Assembly (NCBI RefSeq): GCF_032191835.1
Contig: NC_083243.1
Span: 54,560,001-54,624,000 of the forward strand
Length of the DNA: 64,000 nt
Direction: 5' to 3'
Origin: Heteronotia binoei
Lineage: Eukaryota
Both the position numbers and the translations under genes were made by a program. The notes beneath the pieces are model-generated. The model saw nothing but the letters and a program-made list of their open reading frames with translations. It did no database searches and was not told where the DNA came from. Of the stretch, positions 1 through 11,102 are shown in pieces. Within the stretch, counting starts at the first letter, position 1. Each line of letters starts with the position of its first letter.

Positions 1-2167
1 TCAGTTATGAAGCTTTGACTCTTGAAATTTCATAGCCTGAAAATCTTGTTGGTCTCTAAGGTACTACTGGAATCAAAAGCTAGATGCTCTACTGCAAACC
101 AGCACAGCTACTCCCTGAAACTATCCCAATTTTTAAAGTTACAAAGTAAAAAAAACCATAAAAACAAAGCATTATAAGAATGAAAATTCAGCATTAAAAA
201 TGCAGCTCAGCATATTTTTAATTATGGACCTTGGTGAAACTGACACATGCAGCAGTGTTCCATATCTTTGGTATCTTATATTTGAATATTGAAATCAGCC
301 AAATCTCTGGATACTTACATCCAGTGACTGGAGGTGTGAATAGGTAAGACACATCTTTATACAAACCTTTTCAGGTTTGCAAAAAAAGGTGACATCTAAA
401 TAAATACACTGGTTTTTTTTTTTTTAATCCAAAATGATAAAAGGAACGCCTGTAGCTTTAAACAATTAATTCCTTCAGTGGCTGTTGCTAGCCAACCACA
501 GTATTCCAGGCTTCAGTTTCTGTGAGTAAAAGACAGGGGGATGGGAAGGAGTCCTTTCCAGACCTATTTTAGTTCTTGAGAGAGCACTTGTTGGGGGCAG
601 GCCTGGCTAGAGTTGCCAGCTCCAGGATAGGAAATTCCTGGAGATTCTGTGGTGGAGTATGAGGAGGGCAGGGTTTGGGGAAGCAAGAGGCCTCAGCAAT
701 ATAATGGTATAGAGTCCAAAGATATCTCCCCCTGGAGGTTGGCATCTAGGGTCATAACTCTGCTGCTCCATGTTTATTCATTTAGGATTTTTAAAAACCT
801 TTTCTTTTGCCTCTCCCTCCTGCAAAAGCCCCCAAGATAGTTCACAAAAAATTTAAAAAGAAAAAAAAAAGGAAAATATCAGTGGAGGATTTCAGCAAAT
901 GGAAGAATGGGGATTTCTACCAGTTCCTCCTTCCCTTAGCAAACTTCCAGCTCCCTTCTTGTGCTGTTCTGGAAAGTCCCTTCTCTTCCAGATGCAGCAT
1001 TGGGGGGGGGGACACATTTTGGGGCTGCAATGGGAGTAAGGAAGACAGTTGTGCTTTGCTGACAGAGATTCCTTTCCGTCAGCAGAAATTTCTAGTGGAT
1101 CAAAGATAATATGTTTCTGCATATATGGAGAGCCTCCAAAGAATGGAGAAACCATGCCCCCCCATCCTTTTCATTATTGGTTTGATGACCAGCCAATTTA
1201 CTAAGTCAGTTTGTCAGTCTGAGAAACTTCTCTTGGAAATAAATCCAGCTACTGCAGCTGACACTCAGTCTTAGGACCTGCATAGATTCCCACCATCACC
1301 ATCAAAGTCACCATAATGTTTAAATTCTCATTTACCTGTAATTCACATGAACACATGAAGTTGCCTTATAGTATCAGACCACTGTTCTTCCACAGTGTTG
1401 TCTACTCTGATGGGCAGCAGCTATCTAGGGTCTCAGAATTCTTCAAATACCTGATTCTCTTAACTAGAGTTACTAGGGCCTGGGATCTTCTGCAATATTT
1501 ATTTTTATTTTATTTTATTGACTTTATTTGTAATCTGCCTTTTTCACCAAACCTCAAGGCAGATTACACAGAGTGAGTGAATACAAGCAGTAAAATGAGA
1601 CATCTACTAAACAACATAATCCAACTAGGATCTCAGAAATTTGAAGGCAAGCAAATTGTATTAGACATTATATGTTAAGCATTGCAGGCAATGGTATAAT
1701 GTAAGTAGATGCCAATGTGGAAGGAGCAAAATAATACATACAAGTAGATAAGGCACACTATGCATAGTGGTCTTGTTCACAGTCTCATTTTTTGAAAAAG
1801 CACCTTCTTGAATGTTTCCATTGTAATGTAGCCCTATCACCTTTATAGAAATGCCCTCTTGAATAATTCTGTTTTACATTGTTTGCAGAAAGAAAGAAGC
1901 ATGGGAGCCTTCCTGACCTCAAGCAGGCCATTCCACAGAGTTGAGGTTACAGCAGAGAATGCATGTGTACATGTAGTTGTTGATCTTGCCCATATGTTTT
2001 GTGGCATCATGGAAAAAAGACACTACCACTGAGCCAATGCCTACCACTACCACTGAGCCACATCCCCTCCTATACTATATACTACAAGCTAGATAAGACG
2101 ATGCAAGAAACAAAGAGCCAAAAAAGTACTAAAAATGGTACACATTTAGTAGATAGCAGCAGCATGC

Positions 2168-2235
2168 ATATACTGATATATATATATATTTTCCATGATG
2201 CCATGATATATATATATATCATATCATATATATAT
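2168..2235. repeat. Interrupted (TA)n microsatellite
   Basis: Run read directly from the sequence. Confidence 0.8.
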
Positions 2236-2539
2236 GACGATTGAAGGCTATGTTTTCAACAAACACAGTGATGAATCTGAGGCTCTCGTCCTGAGAGTCA
2301 ATAGCAGCTTTCCTACTGAACTTTGTCCTTTCACATATGTCTCAACAACAGTCTCTTCAAATGGCTTCCCAGAAATAATTATTCTGCTTTTAAAAACATA
2401 CAGATTAATTTTTCATAAAGCTAACATTTTGAAATTTAAACTGTGCCTTCAAATTACTTTCTTGCTGCACTCTGATTTGTACATTGTATTTGTGTTAGTT
2501 TTGAAAAGTGTAATTTAGAACATAAACTTTTGTACTTAC

Positions 2540-2651
2540 TTTCACATTCTGGGTCACCACATTTTTTCTGATCTGACAACACTGTAGTCTTCACATTTGT
2601 TAACAGCAAAACTATCAACAGCAAGATTCTAACATCTACAGTCTTCCACAT
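2540..2651 (-). CDS. MIA2: MIA2 (MIA SH3 domain ER export factor 2) coding exon 1; gene continues beyond the left edge
   Basis: ATG at 2651 gives MWKTVDVRILLLIVLLLTNVKTTVLSDQKKCGDPECE (signal peptide plus KKCGDxECE, as in recalled human MIA2 ...LADLKKCGDLECE), followed by donor A|GTAAGT. It lies downstream of PNN, as in human. Confidence 0.9.
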
Positions 2652-2840
2652 CCTAAAGAAATGAAACAGTGAATCCTGAAGAAAATGCACAAAAGATCTG
2701 TTGCTGTCCTGTTAAAAGAAGTACTCTATATTTTAGTCCTTTTAAAAAAAATGTCATTCCATTTTTCTTCTGTCTGCAAACTCTGCTCACACAGAATGGT
2801 GTTTCAACAATCTGCAAAGTCAAATATCCTGATTGAGCAG

Positions 2841-2853
2841 CTTAATTATTAAC
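2841..2853 (-). promoter_or_regulatory. HNF1-type site in the MIA2 promoter
   Basis: Minus strand GTTAATAATTAAG is a 12/13 match to GTTAATNATTAAC, about 190 bp upstream of the MIA2 ATG. Confidence 0.6.
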
Positions 2854-4051
2854 TGGATCCACTAACTGAACTAACATTTTTGAAATAAAAAGAGTGATTT
2901 CAGCCGGATAAAGATATGCTAATAGTATAAGCAAGAAATATATCTGTGCAATTTATAAAACATTATGGGGGAGATACAGTGTTAAGGATAGGGTTGCCAC
3001 CCAGTTGGGGGCAGAGAATCCCCTGATTTAGAGGCCTTACCCCCACTTCAGGGTTATTGGAAAGTGTGTGTGGGGGAGGGAAATGTCTGCCAGGCATTCC
3101 ATTATACCCTATGGAGACTGATACCCATATGGTATAATGGAGACTTGATCCACGGGTATCTGGGGCTCAGGGGGGGGTTCCTGTTTTTTGGGTAGAGGCA
3201 CCAAATGTTCAGCATAGCATCCGGTACTTCTCAAAATACCCCCCAAGTTTCACAAAAATTGGATCAGGAGGTCCAATTCTACGAGCCCCAAAAGAAGGTG
3301 CCCCCCCCTGCAGCCTGCAGGCACCTTCTCAATTGCCCCTTTGACAAAGCTGTGGGGGAGACCCAATTTAGTCCAGGCTCATCAGAATTTGAGATCTAAG
3401 TGTCTACCAATCCCAGAGAGTCCACATAAATACAGATTTTCACTAAGAAGCTGTGCCTCTATTTCTTGTTCCTATCTAACTATGTAGCCCATTTGTATTT
3501 ACTCTCAACAGGAATTAATTTACAGGAAATTTGATGTGGATTTTTAAAGTTATTATCGACATTTTGATATATATTGGAGGTATATGCTTCTGATTTTCCT
3601 TTCTCCTTGTGGCCTCTGTCCAGTCATCTCCAACTGTCTTTTCTCAACTCCTCTTTACCCAAGGTTCCTTTTTAGCTCCATTCAAACCTCTGTTCTCATT
3701 GGTCAAACTCAAACCTATAGTTCTAAATTACAGATTACTGTCTCACAACAGAATATTATACCAGTTGATCCACAATAAAATACTGCTTTGAATGTGAATC
3801 ACTACAACTCATATCTTTCTCCTTGGTTGCTCAGTTACTCTGCCACCTTATAACTATATACTCTCTCTGAAAGATGCTTGCTGTTTGATTGGTTCCTTAG
3901 TTCCCAGCTTTCATTGTGGAGTCCCATGTAATCTCTTTGACTTTATAGTCCCTTTAACAGTTCAGACTATGCCTGCTTATAAACAAAAGGATGCTGCCAC
4001 CACCATTATTGGGGGTGGGGAGTCAGGCTTCCAGATTAGTCTGCTGTAGGG

Positions 4052-4186
4052 CAGGGGTGGCCAACAGTAGCTCTCCAGATGTTTTTTGCCTACAACTCCC
4101 ATCAGCCTGTCATTGACCATGCTGTCTGGGGCTGATGGGAATTGTAGGCAAAAAAACATCTGGTGAGCTACCATTGGCCACCCCTG
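4052..4186. mobile_element. hAT-type palindromic MITE
   Basis: TIR CAGGGGTGGCCAA/TTGGCCACCCCTG, internally palindromic, perfect 8-bp TSD CTGTAGGG. Confidence 0.9.
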
Positions 4187-4554
4187 CTGTAGGGTGCTTA
4201 TATGAAACTAACCACGAAGCCTGTGAGGACATTTCAGTTGGTCTCAAAAGCTGTTCCTTGTCTTGTTAAGTAAACACTGTAGAAGAAGCAATGCATGCTG
4301 CAAGAATTAAATGATGCAAGATTGGCTACTAAAAGGGCCTTTGTACTCCCCCCTCCCCCACACCATTACACTTCCCCTAAATGTTTCCTTAACTTACCTC
4401 ATTTGCAGAACTGTTGAAAACTGTTGTCTTCTACCAAACTTTTAGTATCTGCTCTCAATAGGGCCTTAATTGTTCAGAGACAGATTTTTTTCCCGCTATA
4501 GATTGTGCTGCAGAGGTATTTTGTGTTTTATTATTGTTTACATGCTGTGAATTT

Positions 4555-4800
4555 AGATGTGTCTGCCAGAACTCTCTCCCTAGAAACTAAAATGACTAAA
4601 TCATACTTTGGTCATATTATCAGAAGTCAAGAGTCACTGGAAAAGACAATAATGTTAGGAAAAACTGAAGACAGCAGGAAAAGAAGATGACGAACATGAG
4701 ATGGACTGACTCAATAAAGGAAGCCATGGCCCTCAATTGGCAAGAAAGGCCATTATAGGGTATTTTGGAGGCAACTAATTCATAGCGTCACCATTATGTC
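4555..4800 (+). mobile_element. RTE/BovB-like LINE 3' fragment
   Basis: LSLETKMTKSYFGHIIRSQESLEKTIMLGKTEDSRKRR, typical of the RTE C-terminus (YFGH...SLEKT.MLGK.EG.R). Confidence 0.75.
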
Positions 4801-6406
4801 GGAAGCCATTTGATAGCACACATTGCATTGAGTTCTGCCATGGTCTACTATGGATATTATGCTCTATAAACTTTACACTTAGTATAAAATTGCTGGAGAG
4901 CAATACCTCATGCTAGATCAGGGATATTGAACTCATTTGTTATGGGGGCTGGATCTGACATAAATGAGAACTTGTTGGGCTGGGCCATGTGTCATAAAAT
5001 GTAATGCCAGGTAGTGGAGACAATAAACTCTATAAAGGGCGCAAACACAATTAAAGATTTAAAAATAAAACACATAAGATTAGCAGTACTCTTGCAATAT
5101 TTTATTTAACAATCTCTGATAACTGAAGGAAGCACGATCCAAATGGGCAGCCGTGTTGGTCTGAAGCAGTAGAACAAAGTACGAGTCAAGTTGCACCGTT
5201 CAGACCAACAGTTTTATTCAGAATGTAAGCTTTTGTGTGCTCTAAGCACACTTCATCAGACAAGGAATCAGGTAGCAAGAGAGAGGGAGAAAGAAGCAGA
5301 CTTGCTCGTGGGCCTGATAGGAGCCCTCCAGGAGCCTTGTTTGGTCCCTGGGCTGCATGTTTGACTGTGCTAGATGTTTCAAAGTGCAATTTATTAGTTT
5401 TTCCTACATTGTCTTTCCTTAATCAGATTTATTTGCCTGAATTTTTCCCATTCTACAATCATAGCCTAACAGAAATCTTTGCTGTTAAGATTCAAATATG
5501 ATCAGTTTATTGAGTTGTTATATTTTATAATCTATTTACTGATTGAAGAGTTTGTTATACTTATAATTGCCTTCAATCCCAGTGAGAAAAGTAGACTGAA
5601 GTGAAAATAAGTTATTGTGGTTTAAGTCACAGCTGACTATGGCAACCCAAGGAGCATGGGGATTTCAAGGTAAGAGATGGGCAGAGGTGGTTTTGTCATT
5701 GCCTTCCTCTGCAAAGCAATCCCCCAGTTGAGCCCAGATGATAACCAGAAACCAAGCTTGTCACTCGCTTAATCTTTTTAAAACATTTCAACTAATTTGC
5801 ACACTAATTCACTGCCCAACCTTTATATGTAGGACTGTTAATTCCATTCCATTCTATTATCTGATGAAGTGTACTTGGCACATGGAAGCTCACACCCTGA
5901 ATAAAATTTTGTTGGTCTTGAAGGTGTCATTGGACTCTAACTAGGATCAAATTACCGTAGTAAGGTATATTCAAGCTATAAATGAAAAACAAATACCTGA
6001 ATGTGCTTTTTTGGTAATATTTTATATTTTTTCTTGTTGAATTTCATTTTTTTTATTGGAGGTTGCGAACTTCTACCCCTCACACCCCAGCACAACTACT
6101 GTGTCTGACAATGTCAGTAACTTCCACACAATAGTGTGAATTCATGCCACTGCTACAGAAGCAACATCGAAGCAGCACCTGCATGGCCTGTCTCTTCACT
6201 GCTGTCATTTACCACTCCCCCCTTACATCCAACTCATTCTTTTTATTTGCTGTAAAAAGAAAGACAACCACTAAAAGGGAGGGAGGGAAGCCAGAGCTTT
6301 GCATTCTCATCCCTAGACCGACTGCAGGCTCTACCTGATATCTCCTTGCAGTTTCCCCATTTCATTTCGATCAAACCTTTGTCATGTAGAAGCTCACAAA
6401 AGATGT

Positions 6407-6424
6407 GGGGGGGGGGGGGGGGGG
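6407..6424. repeat. (G)18 homopolymer
   Basis: Run read directly from the sequence. Confidence 0.9.
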
Positions 6425-6621
6425 AGATACAGCTCTCCATTTTGGGGGAAAATGCCTACAGAAACTCTCCTAGATAACAAGGCCATTTGGAATAAGTCTT
6501 TAATGCAAGAAAAAATATTAGTTACTAACTACATGGAAGAGGAACCAATCCTTTGGGCTGTCTACATGAATTTACAAAAACATAAATTTAATCCTTCATG
6601 ACCATGCTCTCACTTTACCTT

Positions 6622-6889
6622 GAGAACCAGTTTGGTGTAGTGGTTAAGTGCACGGACTCTTATCTGGGAAAACATTTTATTCCCCACTCCTCTGCATGCA
6701 ACTGGAGTGAACTTGGGTCAGTCATAACTCTCTCTGAGCTGTTCTGCTGAAGAGCAGTTCTGGGAGAGCTCTCAGCCCCATCTACCTCACAGGGTGTCTG
6801 TCGTGGAGAGGGGAAGGTAAAGGAGATTGTAAACTGCTCTGAGACTCCGTCAGGTAGTGAAGGGTGGAGTATAAATCCAATCTCTTCTT
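6622..6889 (+). mobile_element. tRNA-derived (Sauria-like) SINE
   Basis: A-box TGGTGTAGTGGTTAAG, degenerate B-box, body ...cctacctcacagggtgtctg..., tail tataaatccaatctcttctt. Confidence 0.8.
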
Positions 6890-7655
6890 ACCAGTCTGTT
6901 TCCTGGCACAAGTGTTAGTTCTTGCCTTTAAAGACTGCCTTCTCCCATACTTTCCAGCACACCAGATGAGATCCTCTTCAAAAGCCCTGCTCTCTGTAAC
7001 CCTGCCTTCATATGACATCCTTCTTACTGGTAGAATTAAGTCTTCCCTTTATTCACAGTGCAGACCAAAATCAAAATTGACTGTGGCTAGCACAGAATTC
7101 AGTTTGACCATCCTTTTACCACAGCTAAGGCCTTTTAGCATGAGTTCTTCGTCTAAGCTGCCTACATGATTGCAGCAGTCTCAACTATGCTACCACATAC
7201 CTGAGTTAAATTTGCACCAGCTATGCACAGAACCACTCCATAGTGTGTCAAGATTAGGATCTGGGAGACAGAGGACTGAATCCCTACTCTGCCATGGAAG
7301 CTTGCTGGGTGACACTGGGCCAATCACACACTTAGCCTAACACCCCTCATTGTGAAGATAAAATGAAGACAATAATGTAAGCTGCTTTGGGTACCCACTG
7401 GAATTAAAGGTAGGGTATAAATGAAGTAAGCTAAATTAGGTGGGAGTAACCAGAGACAGTTTGTTCAGAGGCGGTACATCACCCACCCTACCTCTTGATG
7501 TTCATCTGGCACCTTTCTCTTGTTTGGGAACTAAGACAAGACATTTGTTTACCCAGGCTTCTAATTATCTTTTTAAAATTGTTTAGTAGTCTGTTTCTAA
7601 CTTTAAACCACTTTATGATACATTTTTAAAGCTGCTAAATGTTTTCTGTTGCTAT

Positions 7656-8362
7656 GTATTATGTTCATTTCTGGACCCCATAATTTAAGAATATATACAA
7701 GCATGTCCAGAGGAGGGCAATGAAGATGGTGAGGGGTCTGGAGACCAAGTCTTATGAGGAAAGGTTGAAGGAACGGAGTATGTTTAACCTGGAGAGATGA
7801 CTGAGAGGTGATATGTCACCATCTTCAAGTACTTGAAGGGCTGTCATATAGAAGATGGTGCAGAATTGTTTTCTGTGGCCCCAGAAGGTCAGACCAGAAC
7901 CAACGGGTTGAAATTAAATCAAAAGTTTCTGGCTTAACATTAGGAAGAACTTCCTGACCATTAGAGAAGTTCCTCAGTGGAACAGGCTTCCTTGGGAGGT
8001 GATGGGTCTCCTTTTTTGGGAGATTTTTAAATAGAGGCTAGATGGCCATCTGACAGCAATGCTGATTCTGTGAATTAGGCAGATCAAGAAAAGAAGAGCA
8101 GGAAGGGGTGCATCAGTGCTTAGCTCTTGTGGCTCTTTTTTTACATGCCCAGGGAAATGTTGACTGACACTTTGGTCAGTCAGCAATTTTTCTCCAGGCC
8201 AGTTTGGCAAGGGATCCTGGAGGTTTTTTCCATCTTGTGGATGTGGAGCAGGGGCCACTGGGGATGCATGTGTGTGGGAGGTATTTGTGAATTTTCTGCA
8301 CTGTGCAGGGGGGGGTTGGACTAGATGACCCTGGAGGTCCCTTCCAACTCTATGATTCTATG
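7656..8362 (+). mobile_element. CR1 LINE 3' fragment with long 3' UTR
   Basis: Degenerate ORF2 end (gtccagaggagggcaatgaagatgg...) and CR1 terminus ggtcccttccaactctatgattctatg. Confidence 0.85.
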
Positions 8363-8801
8363 TTCTGTCTGGGTTTAATAATATTTTCATTTTTAATAGT
8401 TTTGTGTGTGTTTCAGTTTCTCAGCCACCCCTAGTAGGTTTTCTGCAAAAACAGTAAAAGAAGTTTCAACTAAAGAAAATATAGCAACCAGGGGAAAAGA
8501 GGTGAGGATTTCTACCTCCCCACTGAAGATCTCCCACTTTGCCAACCATGCTATTGTCAGTGGCCTCAAAACAGCCAAAATACTTTTTCAGGAATCACAG
8601 CTGGCTGCAGCAGACTGGCATGTTTGCTCCCATGAATGCTGCTGAATTTGTGCTAAACAGGTTCAAACTAATACCTTTAAAACACCCCTGAAAAAGTTAG
8701 TGACCTATAAAACCAAATGCTCTCTGCTAATGGTAAAGAGCTTACACAAATGCAATACAGCAAAAAGTCAAATGTTCAGTGCAGTAGTATATAAAGTCAC
8801 C

Positions 8802-8807
8802 TTTATT
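8802..8807 (-). terminator. Candidate distal PNN poly(A) signal AATAAA
   Basis: AATAAA on the minus strand about 1 kb past the stop codon; other candidates near 9018 and 9480. Confidence 0.4.
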
Positions 8808-9828
8808 TGGACTTTTACAGAACAGGCCAATGAATAACACTCCAGCTTTATAAAAAAAATTAAAAACAGTCACCTTTTTACACCAGCTGCACTTCCATCA
8901 ACATGCTCAGATAGTTACAAAAATTCCAAGTTTGAGCCCAATTTCCCCAGTCAACAGTTACTCTTAACACACAACATATATCTTAGTCCCAGATGGATTT
9001 CACAGTGCAATGCACATTTTATTGGCATTTGAAAGTTAAACCTGTGGTCAATAACCCAGTTTAGAAGTGACTTATGATCTTCTTCCAATATATAATAAAG
9101 CATAACAGAAATGCAAGTTTAAAAAAATTCTAAGTATTAATTTAGTACTAAGGGGAAGACTGGGCAAATGCACAGCAGGTTCTAAGATTCTACCTGTCTA
9201 GGTCAACTCTAATTACTGTTGTCCTTACTTTGCTCCTACATATGGACACTAAGGTCATCATGGAACTACAGCTAGAATTTGTATAAAGAATGAGAAACCT
9301 AGATAATGCACAGGTATGCACTCCTTCGTAGGACTTGGAAATTTACCTTGTCAGCAATTAGAGGAGAAGAGTCAATGCTAGGCAGAATGGTAAAACTCTG
9401 CATGAAGTATGCCAATAAAGGGGGGGGGAAGATTTCTAAGAAGCAGCAAAAGGCTGTCTCAAACTCTGTAAAATGCACATTTATTGCTACCAAAAAAAAA
9501 AAAGATAGGACTTATGTTACAGAAGTAAATTACATGAGTTTAACAGATCGACTTATTAAAATATACAGACTCGTAAGTAAAGGATATTTAAAGATGAAGG
9601 GGTTGTTAGATTTTTATTTGTATACATCCAGGTCTTCACATAATTTGATAAGTAACCTTTTACAAAAACATGTAAAAGCAAAGAATTTTCTGGTAGAGTT
9701 CTGCATTTCTCCAAAAGATTTTATACAGCATGCAATTAAGGCAGCCTTTTCTTCCTCACATCGAATCCTTTCACTCATCAAGTAATCTTCTGCTGCAAAG
9801 ATTAGGCTAAGGAGCCTGGTCTCTTCTG

Positions 9829-11102
9829 TCAACGCCTTTTGTCTTTCCTGTCTGATTTACGGTCTCTTTCACTCCGTGAAGTTCTTTTGCCTGACCGACT
9901 ACTTTCTGATATAGACCTCTTCCTGTCGGACCTTGAGGTTTTATCCTTTGATCCTTTTGCATCTCTGTTGCTACCTTTTGAAGATTTGTGACTTCTATCT
10001 ACTCCTGAATTATCCCTTCGCTTCCGATCCAAACTCCTCCTCCGCTTTCTATCTCTATTATGCCCACGCCCTCTGCTCCGACTCCTGCTCTCACTGCTAC
10101 TAGAACTGCTGCTACTTTCTCGACTGCTACTTCCACTAGTGCTACTGCTGCTGCTAGAGCTGCTCCGACTACTACTGGTGCCACTGCTAGAACTGCTGCC
10201 ACTACTACTACTTGTAGAACTAGTACTGCTGGTGCTACTGCTGGTGCTCCGACTTCGACTCTTGCTAGTTTTGTTCCTTGCTCTGCCTCTGCTCCTGCTT
10301 CTAATCTTGTGCTTGACTTCTGCGCTTCCTGCCTGCACCTGGTCTGCCTGAATCTCAGGCAGCTTCTCAAACACTGCAGTTTCTTCTTTGACTACCTGAG
10401 GATCTTGATCTTGAGTGGATTCAAATAATAGTGGAGGCTGTGGCCAAAGCACAGACTCTGGCTGAAGCTGGGTCTCAGCCTCCTCTATAGGAGTGGATTC
10501 AGGATCCTTTTCTTCTGTCTCCTCTGCTTCAGCATCAGCTTCTGGCTTGCTGACTTCCTCTTTCTCCAAGGAAATAACAGGACATTCCTGGTCTGGCAGA
10601 GCACTACACTCCATTTCTGGTTCAATCTCTTTGCTATTCTCATTTTCTAGTGGTTCTGCATTATCTGTCTCAGCTTCCACCACATCCTGCTCACCATCTA
10701 TTGGCAGACAGTTTTCACCTTCCTCTTTCAACAACACAACATTCTCATGTTGATTATCCTGCTGCCTGTTCTCTTTAACCTCATCTACCTCTTCTACTTT
10801 AACCTCTACTTCCTCTTTCTGTTCTTCCTCCTCCTGCTCTAGCTCCCCATCACTATGACTAGCACCTACCTCCTTTTCCTCCCCTACCTCTTCCATTTCT
10901 ATATCATTGCTCTGATTACCTGTCTCCATCTCTTCCACCTGCTGAACCACCTTACCCTCTTCCTGCTCCTTGTTCTGGTCTTCCTTCTTTTCTTCCTTCT
11001 GCACCTCCTGATGTTCTTTTTCCTTCATAGACTGTCGCCTGGGCCTGGCTTCCATTTTGTTAATTTGCTCTGCAAATTCAATGCGCCTACTTTCAAACAG
11101 TG
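9829..11102 (-). CDS. PNN: PNN exon 9 (last coding exon)
   Basis: Acceptor ttttcag|CA CTG TTT; [24 protein letters not shown]...DKRR; TGA at 9831-9829. Confidence 0.97.

Noticed and set aside
319-395. Possible minus-strand exon with tttag/GTAAGT flanks downstream of MIA2 exon 1
   Set aside because: The peptide (VTFFCKPEKVCIKMCLTYSHLQSLD) has no similarity to the SH3-like MIA2 exon 2, and inclusion would shift phase; the real exon 2 is probably left of the window.
9306-9785. 159-aa plus-strand ORF
   Set aside because: Antisense to the PNN 3' UTR, AT-rich, with no recognisable domain or splice structure.
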